64,000 nucleotides of DNA from Chlamydiota bacterium. GTDB taxonomy: Bacteria; Chlamydiota; Chlamydiia; Chlamydiales; RGXB01. A program made the translations under genes and the position numbers. The notes beneath the pieces were generated by a model. The model was not told the DNA's origin and ran no database searches. It worked only from the letters and a program-made list of their open reading frames with translations. Below, piece after piece: positions 10,672 through 19,649 of the stretch. How positions within the stretch are numbered: position 1 is the first letter of the stretch; every line of letters begins with the position of its first letter. The stretch covers positions 32,001-96,000 of the forward strand of contig CANLTW010000001.1 in assembly GCA_947494155.1 (NCBI GenBank). The letters are read 5' to 3'.

Positions 10672-10705
10672 AAAAAAACCGAGTCAGAAATGGCTCGGTT
10701 TTTTT
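10672..10705 (+). terminator. Rho-independent terminator (possibly bidirectional)
   Basis: A-run + CCGAGTC / GGCTCGG stem + T-run about 20 nt after the porin stop. Confidence 0.85.
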
Positions 10706-10783
10706 CTTTTCTAGAGTAAAAAAAATCGTTTGCATTTCTCCTCCTCTTTTTTTATACTTGTAGTCAAAATTTACATAATCTTG

Positions 10784-11845
10784 ATGCAAAACTCTTATCT
10801 TTCGATCCGGTTTTTAGCCGTCTTTCTTTTGGTGCAAATGTTCTGCTGGACAGACAGCTTTTCTCAAATCGCTTCTTTGCAAACGGGTATACATAATAAA
10901 GAATTGGAGTGGAAGCTTTCGGGAGAATATCTACTATGGCAAATATCGATGGAAGGTCTCGATATAGCCGCCGATAATGCCTATATCGACTATTTCCCCC
11001 CCGCGCATAGAGGGCGGAGTTATGGAGTGAGCTTTCCATGGAAAAGCGGAGTTCAGATAGGAGTAGGCGCCATTTTTCCAGAGAGCCAAGGCACTGAATT
11101 AGAACTTGTCTATTCGTGGCTTTATCCTGTTGTAAAAGAGAATATCTCAACCGACCCAGTTGTCCAAACTTTTCCCTTTTACTCTGTAAAACCAACTGAA
11201 AGACTCCCAAATTCACAAGTGTTTGTTGTGGATCACCTTGCTACATTTCAGTCCTATTATAATCTGCTTGATTTTCGTATGGGACGTGAAAATCAGATTG
11301 TACCTGCATTTAGAGTCACCCCGTATTTAGGTTTGAGAAGTACCTGGCAAAAACAGCTATGGGATACAAACCTGCAGATGTTTACCCAAAATCCGGTTAT
11401 TTCCAATTACATCTACAACTACATTCAAAATTTTCAAGGAGCAGGCCCCCTTTTTGGAGGTCGCTTTAAGTTTTTTTTCCTAAAAAAATACCCAATTTTT
11501 GAAAATTTTGCCCTTATCGGAAACATTGCTCTAGCTGGGATTTTAGGAAACATTCAAGTAGATTCTCTGTTCAGTGCAGTATCACCCTTCTCCAACCTCA
11601 TCTACTCCTCTAACCAAAAAACCATCTTTACCATTGTACCTGTATGGGATTTGAGTGTTGGGCTCCTTTTTGAGAAGATTTTCTCTAAAGGGACAAAGGT
11701 TTTTTCCGCTATCCGTTTTAATATTCTGTGGGAAACCCAATCCTGGATCGGTTTCAATAAAATGCAATCGAGTGTTGTCTACTTTTCCACCCCCTCGTCG
11801 ATGACTGTTCAAGGTCTGACAGCTGGATTGGGGTTAGTCTTTTAA
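10784..11845 (+). CDS. Second MOMP-like (Lpg1974-type) porin paralogue
   Basis: 'GEYLLWQ', 'YNLLDFRMGR', 'VTPYLGLR', 'WETQSWIG', C-terminus 'MTVQGLTAGLGLVF'; same motif order as 9515-10651. Confidence 0.8.
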   Translation: MQNSYLSIRFLAVFLLVQMFCWTDSFSQIASLQTGIHNKELEWKLSGEYLLWQISMEGLDIAADNAYIDYFPPAHRGRSYGVSFPWKSGVQIGVGAIFPESQGTELELVYSWLYPVVKENISTDPVVQTFPFYSVKPTERLPNSQVFVVDHLATFQSYYNLLDFRMGRENQIVPAFRVTPYLGLRSTWQKQLWDTNLQMFTQNPVISNYIYNYIQNFQGAGPLFGGRFKFFFLKKYPIFENFALIGNIALAGILGNIQVDSLFSAVSPFSNLIYSSNQKTIFTIVPVWDLSVGLLFEKIFSKGTKVFSAIRFNILWETQSWIGFNKMQSSVVYFSTPSSMTVQGLTAGLGLVF

Positions 11846-11846
11846 A

Positions 11847-12842
11847 ATGAGAAGTTTTCTACTACCCCTTTTTCCCCTTTTTTTCCTATTTGGAAATCCC
11901 CTGCCACCAATTGAACAAGAGAACCCATTAGAGATCAAAGTCGATCTTTTTAGATTTGCCCCCTCCTGCTCTTCACTTTCGACTCACTATGAAAAAAAGA
12001 CGTTTTTTGATACGACACTTTTCAAAAATTTTGAACCGGAAAAAAGGGCGTTTTGGGGAGCAGATATAAAAATTCAAATCCCTTTAGACAGTAAAAAAAC
12101 GTTTTCCAAAACAAGATTTTTTTCCTCTAAAAGACGGTTCCAACTTATAGACTACTCTGGATACTTGGATCCTGATGCGATAGCATTACACTACGACGTG
12201 CACCGATCCTATTGCGAAAAAAACATCCTTTTGACGACAGCACAAAATGGGTACCTTTTTAATGAAGAGCTTATTGAAAGCTATCTGGGAGCTAAGTTTT
12301 TTGTATCGAAATATCTCCTGTTCTCCCTTTCCCAGGGGCTTCAGTTTTCCCGCTTCCTCCATTCTCTCACTAAAAAAATCGGTTTCTTGTATCTAGAAAA
12401 CGCACCTGTTGAGGAGCTGAGGAATTTCAATTCCTCTACCTCTTTTCATGGAGCTGGCCCCCTCTTTTGTGCTCACCTAGACTTCATCCCTTTTCCCACC
12501 CATGTTGTTTCAAAGACACTCCACCTCTTTTCCCAAATAGACACTTGTATGAGCTACGGAAAATACACCGTGCGGAATCTATTTCATATCGATAATGGGG
12601 CAAAAAAAATCACTCTTCTTGACCAGTTAAATACCACCTTTACACTTACTCCTGTTTTCACTTTTCTTGCGGGAATAGAGTTTCGTCCAAATCTTATTTT
12701 TTTTGAGGGTTCTTTTGAATTGATGATTTACAACCAAACATGGTGGAATGCCGATCGGAGCTACCAAGGGACATTGGATTTCAACGGACCTGGGAACATC
12801 TCATTGACAGGTTATGCAGTAGGTATAGGTGTAGATTTTTAA
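11847..12842 (+). CDS. Third, diverged MOMP-like beta-barrel paralogue
   Basis: N-terminal signal-like segment, 'FHGAGP', 'NQTWWN', C-terminus 'NISLTGYAVGIGVDF' match the two upstream paralogues. Confidence 0.6.
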   Translation: MRSFLLPLFPLFFLFGNPLPPIEQENPLEIKVDLFRFAPSCSSLSTHYEKKTFFDTTLFKNFEPEKRAFWGADIKIQIPLDSKKTFSKTRFFSSKRRFQLIDYSGYLDPDAIALHYDVHRSYCEKNILLTTAQNGYLFNEELIESYLGAKFFVSKYLLFSLSQGLQFSRFLHSLTKKIGFLYLENAPVEELRNFNSSTSFHGAGPLFCAHLDFIPFPTHVVSKTLHLFSQIDTCMSYGKYTVRNLFHIDNGAKKITLLDQLNTTFTLTPVFTFLAGIEFRPNLIFFEGSFELMIYNQTWWNADRSYQGTLDFNGPGNISLTGYAVGIGVDF

Positions 12843-12856
12843 AATTTAGAAAAGTC

Positions 12857-14062
12857 TTAAAAAAATTGGAGAACTTTTTTCAATTCTTTTTCAAAACGAT
12901 CGACCTCGTCAAGGGTATTATACACACCTAAAGAGATGCGTAAAAACCCATTCACTCCAAAATACTTCAACGCTTTCAACGCACACAAAGAGCCGCTTCT
13001 GAGTTCGATCCCCTTTTCCCCTAATAAAAGGGCAATGTCCATCGAGTGGGCGTTTTGGATCACAAATGTAACTATCGTATCGCTATCTTTAGCGCTTAAG
13101 AGTTTACAACCGGGAATTTTCTCCAAACACTCTCTATAAGCTGATGCTATCTCACCGAAAGTTTCTATCTTTTCTTGAAAATAAGGGGTATTTTGAAAAA
13201 GTAAGGCCTCTTTCCAGGCAGCAATCTGCGCTAAAGCGGGCGTACCCGTCTCAAATTTCAATGGAGGTTCTTGAAACTGCATCTTTTCATCAAGCTCAAG
13301 AATCATATCCCCTCCGAAAAAAAGGGGGTCTAATCGCTCTAAAAAACGTTCGGCTATAACAAGTGCACCTAATCCTGTTGGCCCATACATTTTGTGCGCA
13401 GAAAAAGCGAGAAAATCTATATAACATTCTTCAACGTCCACTTTTTTATGAGCAAGACTTTGAGCTGCATCCACAATAAAGACCCAATCTTTTTGTTTAC
13501 AAAGAGATCCCAACTTTTTAAGGTCTTGGGTACATCCCGTTACATTCGATACGTGGGCTATTGTGATCGCTTGCACCTTAGACAAATCCATCTTGAGCAG
13601 AGAGGCAAAATCCACAGCACCACTCTCCTCTACAGGGAGATCTCTAATCTTTAAAAGACCTTTTTCTTCCAGAGCTTTAAAGGGGAGCAGGTTTGCATGG
13701 TGCTCAAGTGGAGAAATAAGAATCTCTCCCCCTTTTTCAAGAATCTGCAAAAGAAATTGGGCTGCTTGGTTGAGACTATCGGTTGCCCCGCGCGTGTAAA
13801 CAATTCCTTGAGTGTTAGTCGCCCCGATCCGCTTTCGGATCAACTCCTTAGTAATACTAAGCTCTTTTGTCGCCTCCTGGGCCCTCGGGTATAAAGAGCG
13901 ATGAACCGTTGCATAACGGTTCCGATAGAAATCAGACTCCGCCTCGATCACAATTTCAGGCTTTAAAGAGGTTGCTGCCGAGTCCAAATAGACCCTTTCC
14001 CCCCCTTTAAGAAGGGTAAATTGCTCCCTTATTGCTAATTCGTGATCCATGAGCGCTTGCAT
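12857..14062 (-). CDS. sufS: Cysteine desulfurase SufS
   Basis: YLDSAATS, EHHAN, SAHKMYGPTG (PLP Lys), RSGSLCA catalytic Cys; last gene of the suf operon. Confidence 0.93.
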   Translation of the reverse strand: MQALMDHELAIREQFTLLKGGERVYLDSAATSLKPEIVIEAESDFYRNRYATVHRSLYPRAQEATKELSITKELIRKRIGATNTQGIVYTRGATDSLNQAAQFLLQILEKGGEILISPLEHHANLLPFKALEEKGLLKIRDLPVEESGAVDFASLLKMDLSKVQAITIAHVSNVTGCTQDLKKLGSLCKQKDWVFIVDAAQSLAHKKVDVEECYIDFLAFSAHKMYGPTGLGALVIAERFLERLDPLFFGGDMILELDEKMQFQEPPLKFETGTPALAQIAAWKEALLFQNTPYFQEKIETFGEIASAYRECLEKIPGCKLLSAKDSDTIVTFVIQNAHSMDIALLLGEKGIELRSGSLCALKALKYFGVNGFLRISLGVYNTLDEVDRFEKELKKVLQFF

Positions 14063-14928
14063 CAAACCGAGCCTTCTAAAATCTTCGACAGTGCCCCTTT
14101 AATCTCCCCAAGGAATGAGTCGATAAGGATCTCTTTTGCCCTTTCTTCGCTAAACCCTCTGGAAAGGAGATAGAACTGATCCTCTTTTGAAGGCTTGGCA
14201 ACGGTCGCACCATGCGAGGCTTTCACATCATCATGGAATACCTGGATTCCAGGTGAGGTTTTTGCTTGGGCATGATCAAAAACTACGTTGCTATTTTTTT
14301 GGAAGCTCTCGGTTTTATCCGCCCCTTTTGCGACATAAATAGACCCCTCAAAACTGGAGCGGGCAGACTCCCTCACCACACCCTTAAATAACTGATTCGA
14401 GCGGGCAAGGGGAGCTTTATGCTCCACTAAAACACTCACACCAATCGTCTCTCGCTCACAAAGGTGCCATCCCCCCCTTAAGTCCACTTCAGCCCGTTCT
14501 CCTTCAATGGAGGCGGTCACCGTCTCAAGAAGTTTACCGACAGCCTCTACCCAACCCACATGAAGAACTCGAGCCCCTTTTTTTACTGTGTAGTGGGTCT
14601 TCAAGTCTACGACCCCTTTTTTTTCTACAATCGTAGCCCGCTGCAAAAAGGCCTGATCTTCTAAATAGGCTTTCAACTCAAACGATCCCTCTCTGCTGGG
14701 ATGGAATACCCAGTTAAGTTGGGCCCCTTTTGAAAGATACACCTCATACTTTCCAGGCTCAGTAATTCTGACACTTTCACGAGAGGAAAAATTTTTAGGA
14801 ACAAACAGAAAACCATCAATCTCTCTAGGCTCCCCTTCAAAAAAGAGGGGAAAAAGCTCTTTTGCCTCTTCAAGTGAGAAAATTTCTAGACCTTTAGGGA
14901 GATGCGAATGATTAACAAAAGCTTTCAT
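14062..14928 (-). CDS. sufD: Fe-S assembly protein SufD (short)
   Basis: 'SNQLFKGVV', 'DDVKASHGATV', 'FYLLSRG'; start set at ATG 14928. Confidence 0.9.
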   Translation of the reverse strand: MKAFVNHSHLPKGLEIFSLEEAKELFPLFFEGEPREIDGFLFVPKNFSSRESVRITEPGKYEVYLSKGAQLNWVFHPSREGSFELKAYLEDQAFLQRATIVEKKGVVDLKTHYTVKKGARVLHVGWVEAVGKLLETVTASIEGERAEVDLRGGWHLCERETIGVSVLVEHKAPLARSNQLFKGVVRESARSSFEGSIYVAKGADKTESFQKNSNVVFDHAQAKTSPGIQVFHDDVKASHGATVAKPSKEDQFYLLSRGFSEERAKEILIDSFLGEIKGALSKILEGSV

Positions 14929-15649
14929 AGCCCTCTGCCTCAAGAATTTTAGCCAAATCCTTATTTCCCGAACGGACGATTTTTCCATTCTGCATCACAT
15001 GCACAACGTCGGGTTGAATAAAATCTAAAAGCCTCTGGTAATGGGTAATCAAAATGATACTGCGGTCTTTAGATCGTAACCTTTCGATCGCCTGTCCTAC
15101 AGCTTTCAAAGCATCGATATCCAGACCCGAGTCGGTTTCATCCAAGATAGCAAGACTAGGTTCAAAAAGTGCCATCTGCAAAATTTCACTTTTTTTCTTT
15201 TCTCCCCCTGAAAAATTAGCGTGTAGGTCTCGATCGATCAAGTGGGGTTGAAACTTTACCAGCTCCATTTTTTCCAGCAAAACGGCCTCAAAGTCTTGCA
15301 AAGAGAGCGGATCCAACCCTTTTTGTTTCCGATGGAGATTGTAGGATTCTTTTAAAAACTCTTTGGTGTTTAAGCCTGCTATTTCTAAAGGATATTGAAA
15401 ACTTTTGAAGATCCCCTTCAGAGCCCTTTGATCCGGCTCCATATCGAGAAGATTTTCCTCTTTAAAAGAGACCGATCCACCCAAAATCTGATACGAGGGG
15501 TGACCGGCAAGCACGTTAGATAGACTGGATTTTCCGGCACCGTTAGGCCCCATGATCGCATGCACCTCATTTGCCCCTACCCTTAAAGAAAGGCCGTTAA
15601 GGACTTTTTTGTCGTCTACAGAAACCTCTAAATTGTCGATGATTAACAT
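14912..15649 (-). CDS. sufC: Fe-S assembly ATPase SufC
   Basis: GPNGAGKS, FSGGEKK, LDETDSGLDIDAL, ITHYQRLL. Confidence 0.97.
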   Translation of the reverse strand: MLIIDNLEVSVDDKKVLNGLSLRVGANEVHAIMGPNGAGKSSLSNVLAGHPSYQILGGSVSFKEENLLDMEPDQRALKGIFKSFQYPLEIAGLNTKEFLKESYNLHRKQKGLDPLSLQDFEAVLLEKMELVKFQPHLIDRDLHANFSGGEKKKSEILQMALFEPSLAILDETDSGLDIDALKAVGQAIERLRSKDRSIILITHYQRLLDFIQPDVVHVMQNGKIVRSGNKDLAKILEAEGYESFC

Positions 15650-17058
15650 TATCCTACGGATCCTTCTAACTTGATCATTAATAATTTTTTCGCTTCTTGT
15701 GCAAATTCCAGAGGCAACTCTTGCATCACCTCTTTACAAAATCCATTCACAACAAGACTTATAGCCTCTTCTTTGTTAAAACCACGCGACTGCAGATAAA
15801 AAAGGACCTCTTCGTTCATCCGGGACGTGCTAGCTTCGTGCTCTATTTCTGCTGTTGCATTCGTAGATTCGATCACAGGAAAGGTGTGGGCCGAACAGTT
15901 TGTATCAACAAGCATAGAATCGCACTGGGTGTAATTTCTTGCGTTGCTTGCCTTCGGTCCCACCATCACCAGACCACGATAGGTATTGGAGGAACTGTCC
16001 GCAGAAATCCCCTTAGAAATGATGGTAGATTTGGTGTTTTTTCCGACATGGATCATTTTTGTCCCCGTATCGGCCTGCATCTTTTTATTTGTGAGTGCTA
16101 CAGAGTAGAATTCCCCTACCGAATAGTCTCCCAACAAAACGCAACTGGGATACTTCCAGGTGATGCTTGACCCCACTTCCACTTGTGTCCAGGAAATTTT
16201 CGCGTGGTCACCTAGGCATTTCCCCCTTTTTGTGACAAAATTGTACACCCCCCCTTTCCCCTCTTCATCCCCCGGGTACCAGTTCTGGACTGTAGAGTAT
16301 TTAATCTCGGCATTTCTCATAGCGACAAGCTCGACGACAGCCGCGTGCAACTGCTTGGAGTCAAAAGAGGGTGCTGTGCAACCCTCAAGGTAACTCACAT
16401 AAGAATCGTCTTCAGCTATGATTAAGGTGCGCTCGAATTGCCCTGTGTTCTCCTCGTTTATACGAAAATAGGTCGATAGCTCCATAGGAGATTTTACCCC
16501 TTTTGGGACGTAAACAAAGGAGCCGTCGCTAAAGACTGCCGAATTCAGGGCTGCAAAATAGTTATCCCCAATCGGAACCACAGTTCCCAGGTATTTTTCT
16601 ACAAGCTCAGGATACTTCTGCACCGCTTCAGAAATAGAGCATAAGACCACTCCAGCGTCTTCTAGTTTTTTTTTGAATGTCGTAGCAATCGAGACAGAAT
16701 CAAACACTAGATCTACGGCGACATTCGCCAGCCTGTGCTGCTCGTCTAAAGGGATCCCCAGCCGCTCATAAGTTTTACGAATTTCGGGATCAAGATCCTC
16801 AAGTGAAGAGAGGGAGGGCTTATTTTTAGGCTCTGCGTAGTAGCTAATTTTTTGCAAATCAATCGGCTCAAAAGAGAGATTCGCCCAATTAGGCGGGGTC
16901 ATTTCAAGAAATTTTTTATACGCTTTAAGGCGAAAAGCGAGCATAAACGGAGGTTCATTTTTCTTTAATGAGATGCGACGAATCACCTCTTCATTAAGAC
17001 CCGCCTCAAATACCTCGCTCTCAACAGCAGTTTTAAAACCAAATGGATAGTCGTTCAT
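15649..17058 (-). CDS. sufB: Fe-S assembly protein SufB
   Basis: 'GQFERTLII', 'YLEGCTAP', 'NFVTKRG', 'ADTGTKMIH', 'EGSVG' C-terminus. Confidence 0.98.
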   Translation of the reverse strand: MNDYPFGFKTAVESEVFEAGLNEEVIRRISLKKNEPPFMLAFRLKAYKKFLEMTPPNWANLSFEPIDLQKISYYAEPKNKPSLSSLEDLDPEIRKTYERLGIPLDEQHRLANVAVDLVFDSVSIATTFKKKLEDAGVVLCSISEAVQKYPELVEKYLGTVVPIGDNYFAALNSAVFSDGSFVYVPKGVKSPMELSTYFRINEENTGQFERTLIIAEDDSYVSYLEGCTAPSFDSKQLHAAVVELVAMRNAEIKYSTVQNWYPGDEEGKGGVYNFVTKRGKCLGDHAKISWTQVEVGSSITWKYPSCVLLGDYSVGEFYSVALTNKKMQADTGTKMIHVGKNTKSTIISKGISADSSSNTYRGLVMVGPKASNARNYTQCDSMLVDTNCSAHTFPVIESTNATAEIEHEASTSRMNEEVLFYLQSRGFNKEEAISLVVNGFCKEVMQELPLEFAQEAKKLLMIKLEGSVG

Positions 17059-17067
17059 TAGTCAAAT

Positions 17068-17097
17068 ATTTTACCCAATAGAAACTATCCCTGTCAA
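17068..17097 (-). promoter_or_regulatory. Sigma70-type promoter of the suf operon
   Basis: Minus strand TTGACA-N18-TAAAAT ending 9 nt before the sufB ATG. Confidence 0.65.
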
Positions 17098-17169
17098 TGA
17101 AGCTCTTCAATGAAAATACTAAAAGGCTTGGGAATCCCACTCTAACGAAAGAGATGTCAACCTTTTAGT

Positions 17170-17910
17170 CTAAATTAAAGGAGCGGCATCAAATATTTTC
17201 TTTATTTTTTCCAAGTCTTCGGGAACGTCTACTCCGTACACTGTCTCGGCGGTTTCGAAAACCTCGATAGGAATCCCATGAAAAAGGGGGGTGAGCTGCT
17301 CCAGACTCTCAGCATGATCTAAATGGGAGCGTTCGAGGGAGGAAATCTTCATTAGGGCTTCAGGGGTGTATGCATAAAGCCCTACATGTTTAAAATAGGT
17401 GATCTCCCCTTTTTGATCCCGATCGAATGGGATCACAGAACGCGAGAAGTAGAGCGCGCGCCCGTTTATATCAGTAATAACCTTGACAATTTGAGGCGCT
17501 TTTAACTCCTCAAGCGTCTCAATTTTCTTTTTAAGTGTCCAAATTCGCGCACCGATAGTGTCTTGTCCGGATAGTAATCTGTTGAAAATTGTCCTTGTAA
17601 GGAGAGGCTCATCTGCCTGCACGTTTACAATCTTTTCCCCGATCGGAGCCCCATTTTTTAACGCCTCGATAATCCTTTCGGTTCCATTTTGCGGTCTATT
17701 AGAGGTCAAAAGAGCACGAGCTTTAAAACTCCTTGCCAATTCTAGAGTAATGGGGTCATCTGCCAAGATAATCACTTGATCAAAAACTTCTGCTTGAACG
17801 GCATTTTCATATGCCCATTGCAAAAGGGGTTTACCCAAAAATGGCTGGAGAATCTTCTCTTTGAATCGGGTAGATTTAAGTCTTGCGGGTATGTAAGCAA
17901 TGCTTTGCAA
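17170..17910 (-). CDS. kdsB: CMP-Kdo synthetase (3-deoxy-manno-octulosonate cytidylyltransferase)
   Basis: IPARLKSTRF, GTERI, NVQADEP, ALYFSRSVIP, HVGLYAY, ESLEQL; TTG start. Confidence 0.96.
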   Translation of the reverse strand: MQSIAYIPARLKSTRFKEKILQPFLGKPLLQWAYENAVQAEVFDQVIILADDPITLELARSFKARALLTSNRPQNGTERIIEALKNGAPIGEKIVNVQADEPLLTRTIFNRLLSGQDTIGARIWTLKKKIETLEELKAPQIVKVITDINGRALYFSRSVIPFDRDQKGEITYFKHVGLYAYTPEALMKISSLERSHLDHAESLEQLTPLFHGIPIEVFETAETVYGVDVPEDLEKIKKIFDAAPLI

Positions 17911-17928
17911 TCGAAAAAACCTTAGGGT

Positions 17929-18513
17929 TTACCACTCGTTTCCGGCTTCAGGGCTATTTTGCCCACCCGGAGCGTAATAGGTTCTATCAGAGGGATCATC
18001 CTTTTCGCGATTTTTTTTATCCTGGTCCTCGTCCTCGGAAGATCCCCTTCCGGAGTACCCATCTGTAGCCTTGCTCGAAATTTTACCCGAAGTGGTGGAA
18101 TTAGTTCCAGAGGAAGAGTTTTGGGGCTGCTCTGAATCATACCCTTCCTGAGTAGAATGGGATCCTGATCCCTCGACATTACTTGGTTGTCGATTATTGA
18201 CCTGAGCGTAATTCATCACCGCCTGGTTTGGATCCACACCATTTTGAATATCTTGCCTTACAGCCTGTTTTTGCTGGGGAGTTAGTGTCGTCCAGTATTC
18301 GGTCGCCTCGTCATTTAACCCATCAGGAGGCGTAGGGTCGACGCTCATTTCGTTGTAATCATCCTGCATTTGATTGCTGTTTTGCGACTGCTGGGCTATG
18401 AAAAAGAGTTTCTTGGAGTTCCCTGTATACGTAAGGCTGCCTTTGAGGGCCGCTACCCCGAGAAGAGTGAGTAAAACTAAAGATAGGGTGTAACGCATAG
18501 CAATCCTTTTCAT
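17929..18513 (-). CDS. Hypothetical exported protein, Q/N/S/D-rich low complexity
   Basis: N-terminal hydrophobic signal followed by a polar low-complexity chain; fills the gap between kdsB and mcsA. Confidence 0.65.
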   Translation of the reverse strand: MKRIAMRYTLSLVLLTLLGVAALKGSLTYTGNSKKLFFIAQQSQNSNQMQDDYNEMSVDPTPPDGLNDEATEYWTTLTPQQKQAVRQDIQNGVDPNQAVMNYAQVNNRQPSNVEGSGSHSTQEGYDSEQPQNSSSGTNSTTSGKISSKATDGYSGRGSSEDEDQDKKNREKDDPSDRTYYAPGGQNSPEAGNEW

Positions 18514-18590
18514 TCCAACCGCTTAACTTATTCCTATCGTAAATTTGGTTTAAAATTGTAAAGAAAAAACGCCATGTGTATGAAACAATT

Positions 18591-19019
18591 ATGACATCTT
18601 TTAAAAAACCAACCTCCTGCAAAGGGTGTAATGAACCAGCAAGCATCAGCTTCAAACAGATCGAAAAGGGGAAAACGACCTGCTACGGTCTATGCAGTAA
18701 GTGCCCCTTAAGACAAACGCTTCTTGATCAAAAAACAGAGACCCTCTCTTGTATGAGTTGCTCAAAATCTTTAGAGGATCTACAAACCTCGGGTACCGTA
18801 GGCTGCGTTGACTGTTACACCACCTTTAAAGAGACTTGCCACACCCTCTTCCAAGCGCTTAATTTAAGCGAGTTTTCCCCACTGGAACGAAACGCAAAAA
18901 TAGACGTTCAAGAGCTGCAATCCTCCTTGCAAGAGGCGATTGCTAAGGAGCTTTTTGAAGAGGCGGCGATGCTTCGGGATCGCTTGAAACAAATCACCTC
19001 AACAACAGGTGGTGCATGA
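18591..19019 (+). CDS. mcsA: McsA-like protein (CxxC motifs + UVR domain)
   Basis: CKGC, CSKC, CMSC, 'GCVDCYTTF', UVR motif 'AIAKELFEEAAMLRDRLK'. Confidence 0.88.
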   Translation: MTSFKKPTSCKGCNEPASISFKQIEKGKTTCYGLCSKCPLRQTLLDQKTETLSCMSCSKSLEDLQTSGTVGCVDCYTTFKETCHTLFQALNLSEFSPLERNAKIDVQELQSSLQEAIAKELFEEAAMLRDRLKQITSTTGGA

Positions 19020-19609
19020 TCCTCCATTTTACAAGAAATATAGATAAAATCCCGTTTGGATCCTCTGAAGCGACCACCCTATTGAAAAAAACCCTACCCC
19101 AGATTTTTCCCCAGGGTAAATGGTTGGAAAACCTTAAAGAGGCTGAAGAGAAGAGATTAGTAAAAGCCTATTTTTTTAATGAACAGGTTAAAAACCTATT
19201 CTTCGACCCAAAAAGTAAAATTCTATTTTGCTTAGGATCCTTTGACCATCTGCATATCCTCTACGACGGTGACTACAAAGAGATTAAAGAGCTCCTTGTA
19301 CATATGCATTCCCTATTCAATTTTTCCTATGACACTAATTTTGGATTTTTAACGACTAAACTTTCCACAACGGGGACAGGATTAAAAGGGAAGTTTTTCC
19401 ATGAACTCCACTACCCCGAAATCCCCGCCTCAATAGAGGCCCTCCCCTATGAAGGGGGGTTTTTGTACCAAAATCGCCTCGCGATCGGATGTTTGGAGAC
19501 AACTTCTATCGAATCTCTCAAAACTTTGCAGGCTGCAATTCAAAATCATGTTTTTGAGATTAAATCGCTAGGGAGTCATATCGCCCAACAAATCTACGAA
19601 CGCCAGTAG
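19016..19609 (+). CDS. mcsB: McsB-like guanido-phosphotransferase-fold protein, shortened and degenerate
   Basis: Overlaps mcsA (ATGA); remnant motifs 'FTRNI', 'DHLHI', 'FSYDTNFGFLTT..STTGTGLK', 'YQNRLAIG'; only 197 aa. Confidence 0.7.
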   Translation: MILHFTRNIDKIPFGSSEATTLLKKTLPQIFPQGKWLENLKEAEEKRLVKAYFFNEQVKNLFFDPKSKILFCLGSFDHLHILYDGDYKEIKELLVHMHSLFNFSYDTNFGFLTTKLSTTGTGLKGKFFHELHYPEIPASIEALPYEGGFLYQNRLAIGCLETTSIESLKTLQAAIQNHVFEIKSLGSHIAQQIYERQ

Positions 19610-19649
19610 TCCTTTTGCTCTTTAACCCTAAATAGAGCATGCTTGGGCG

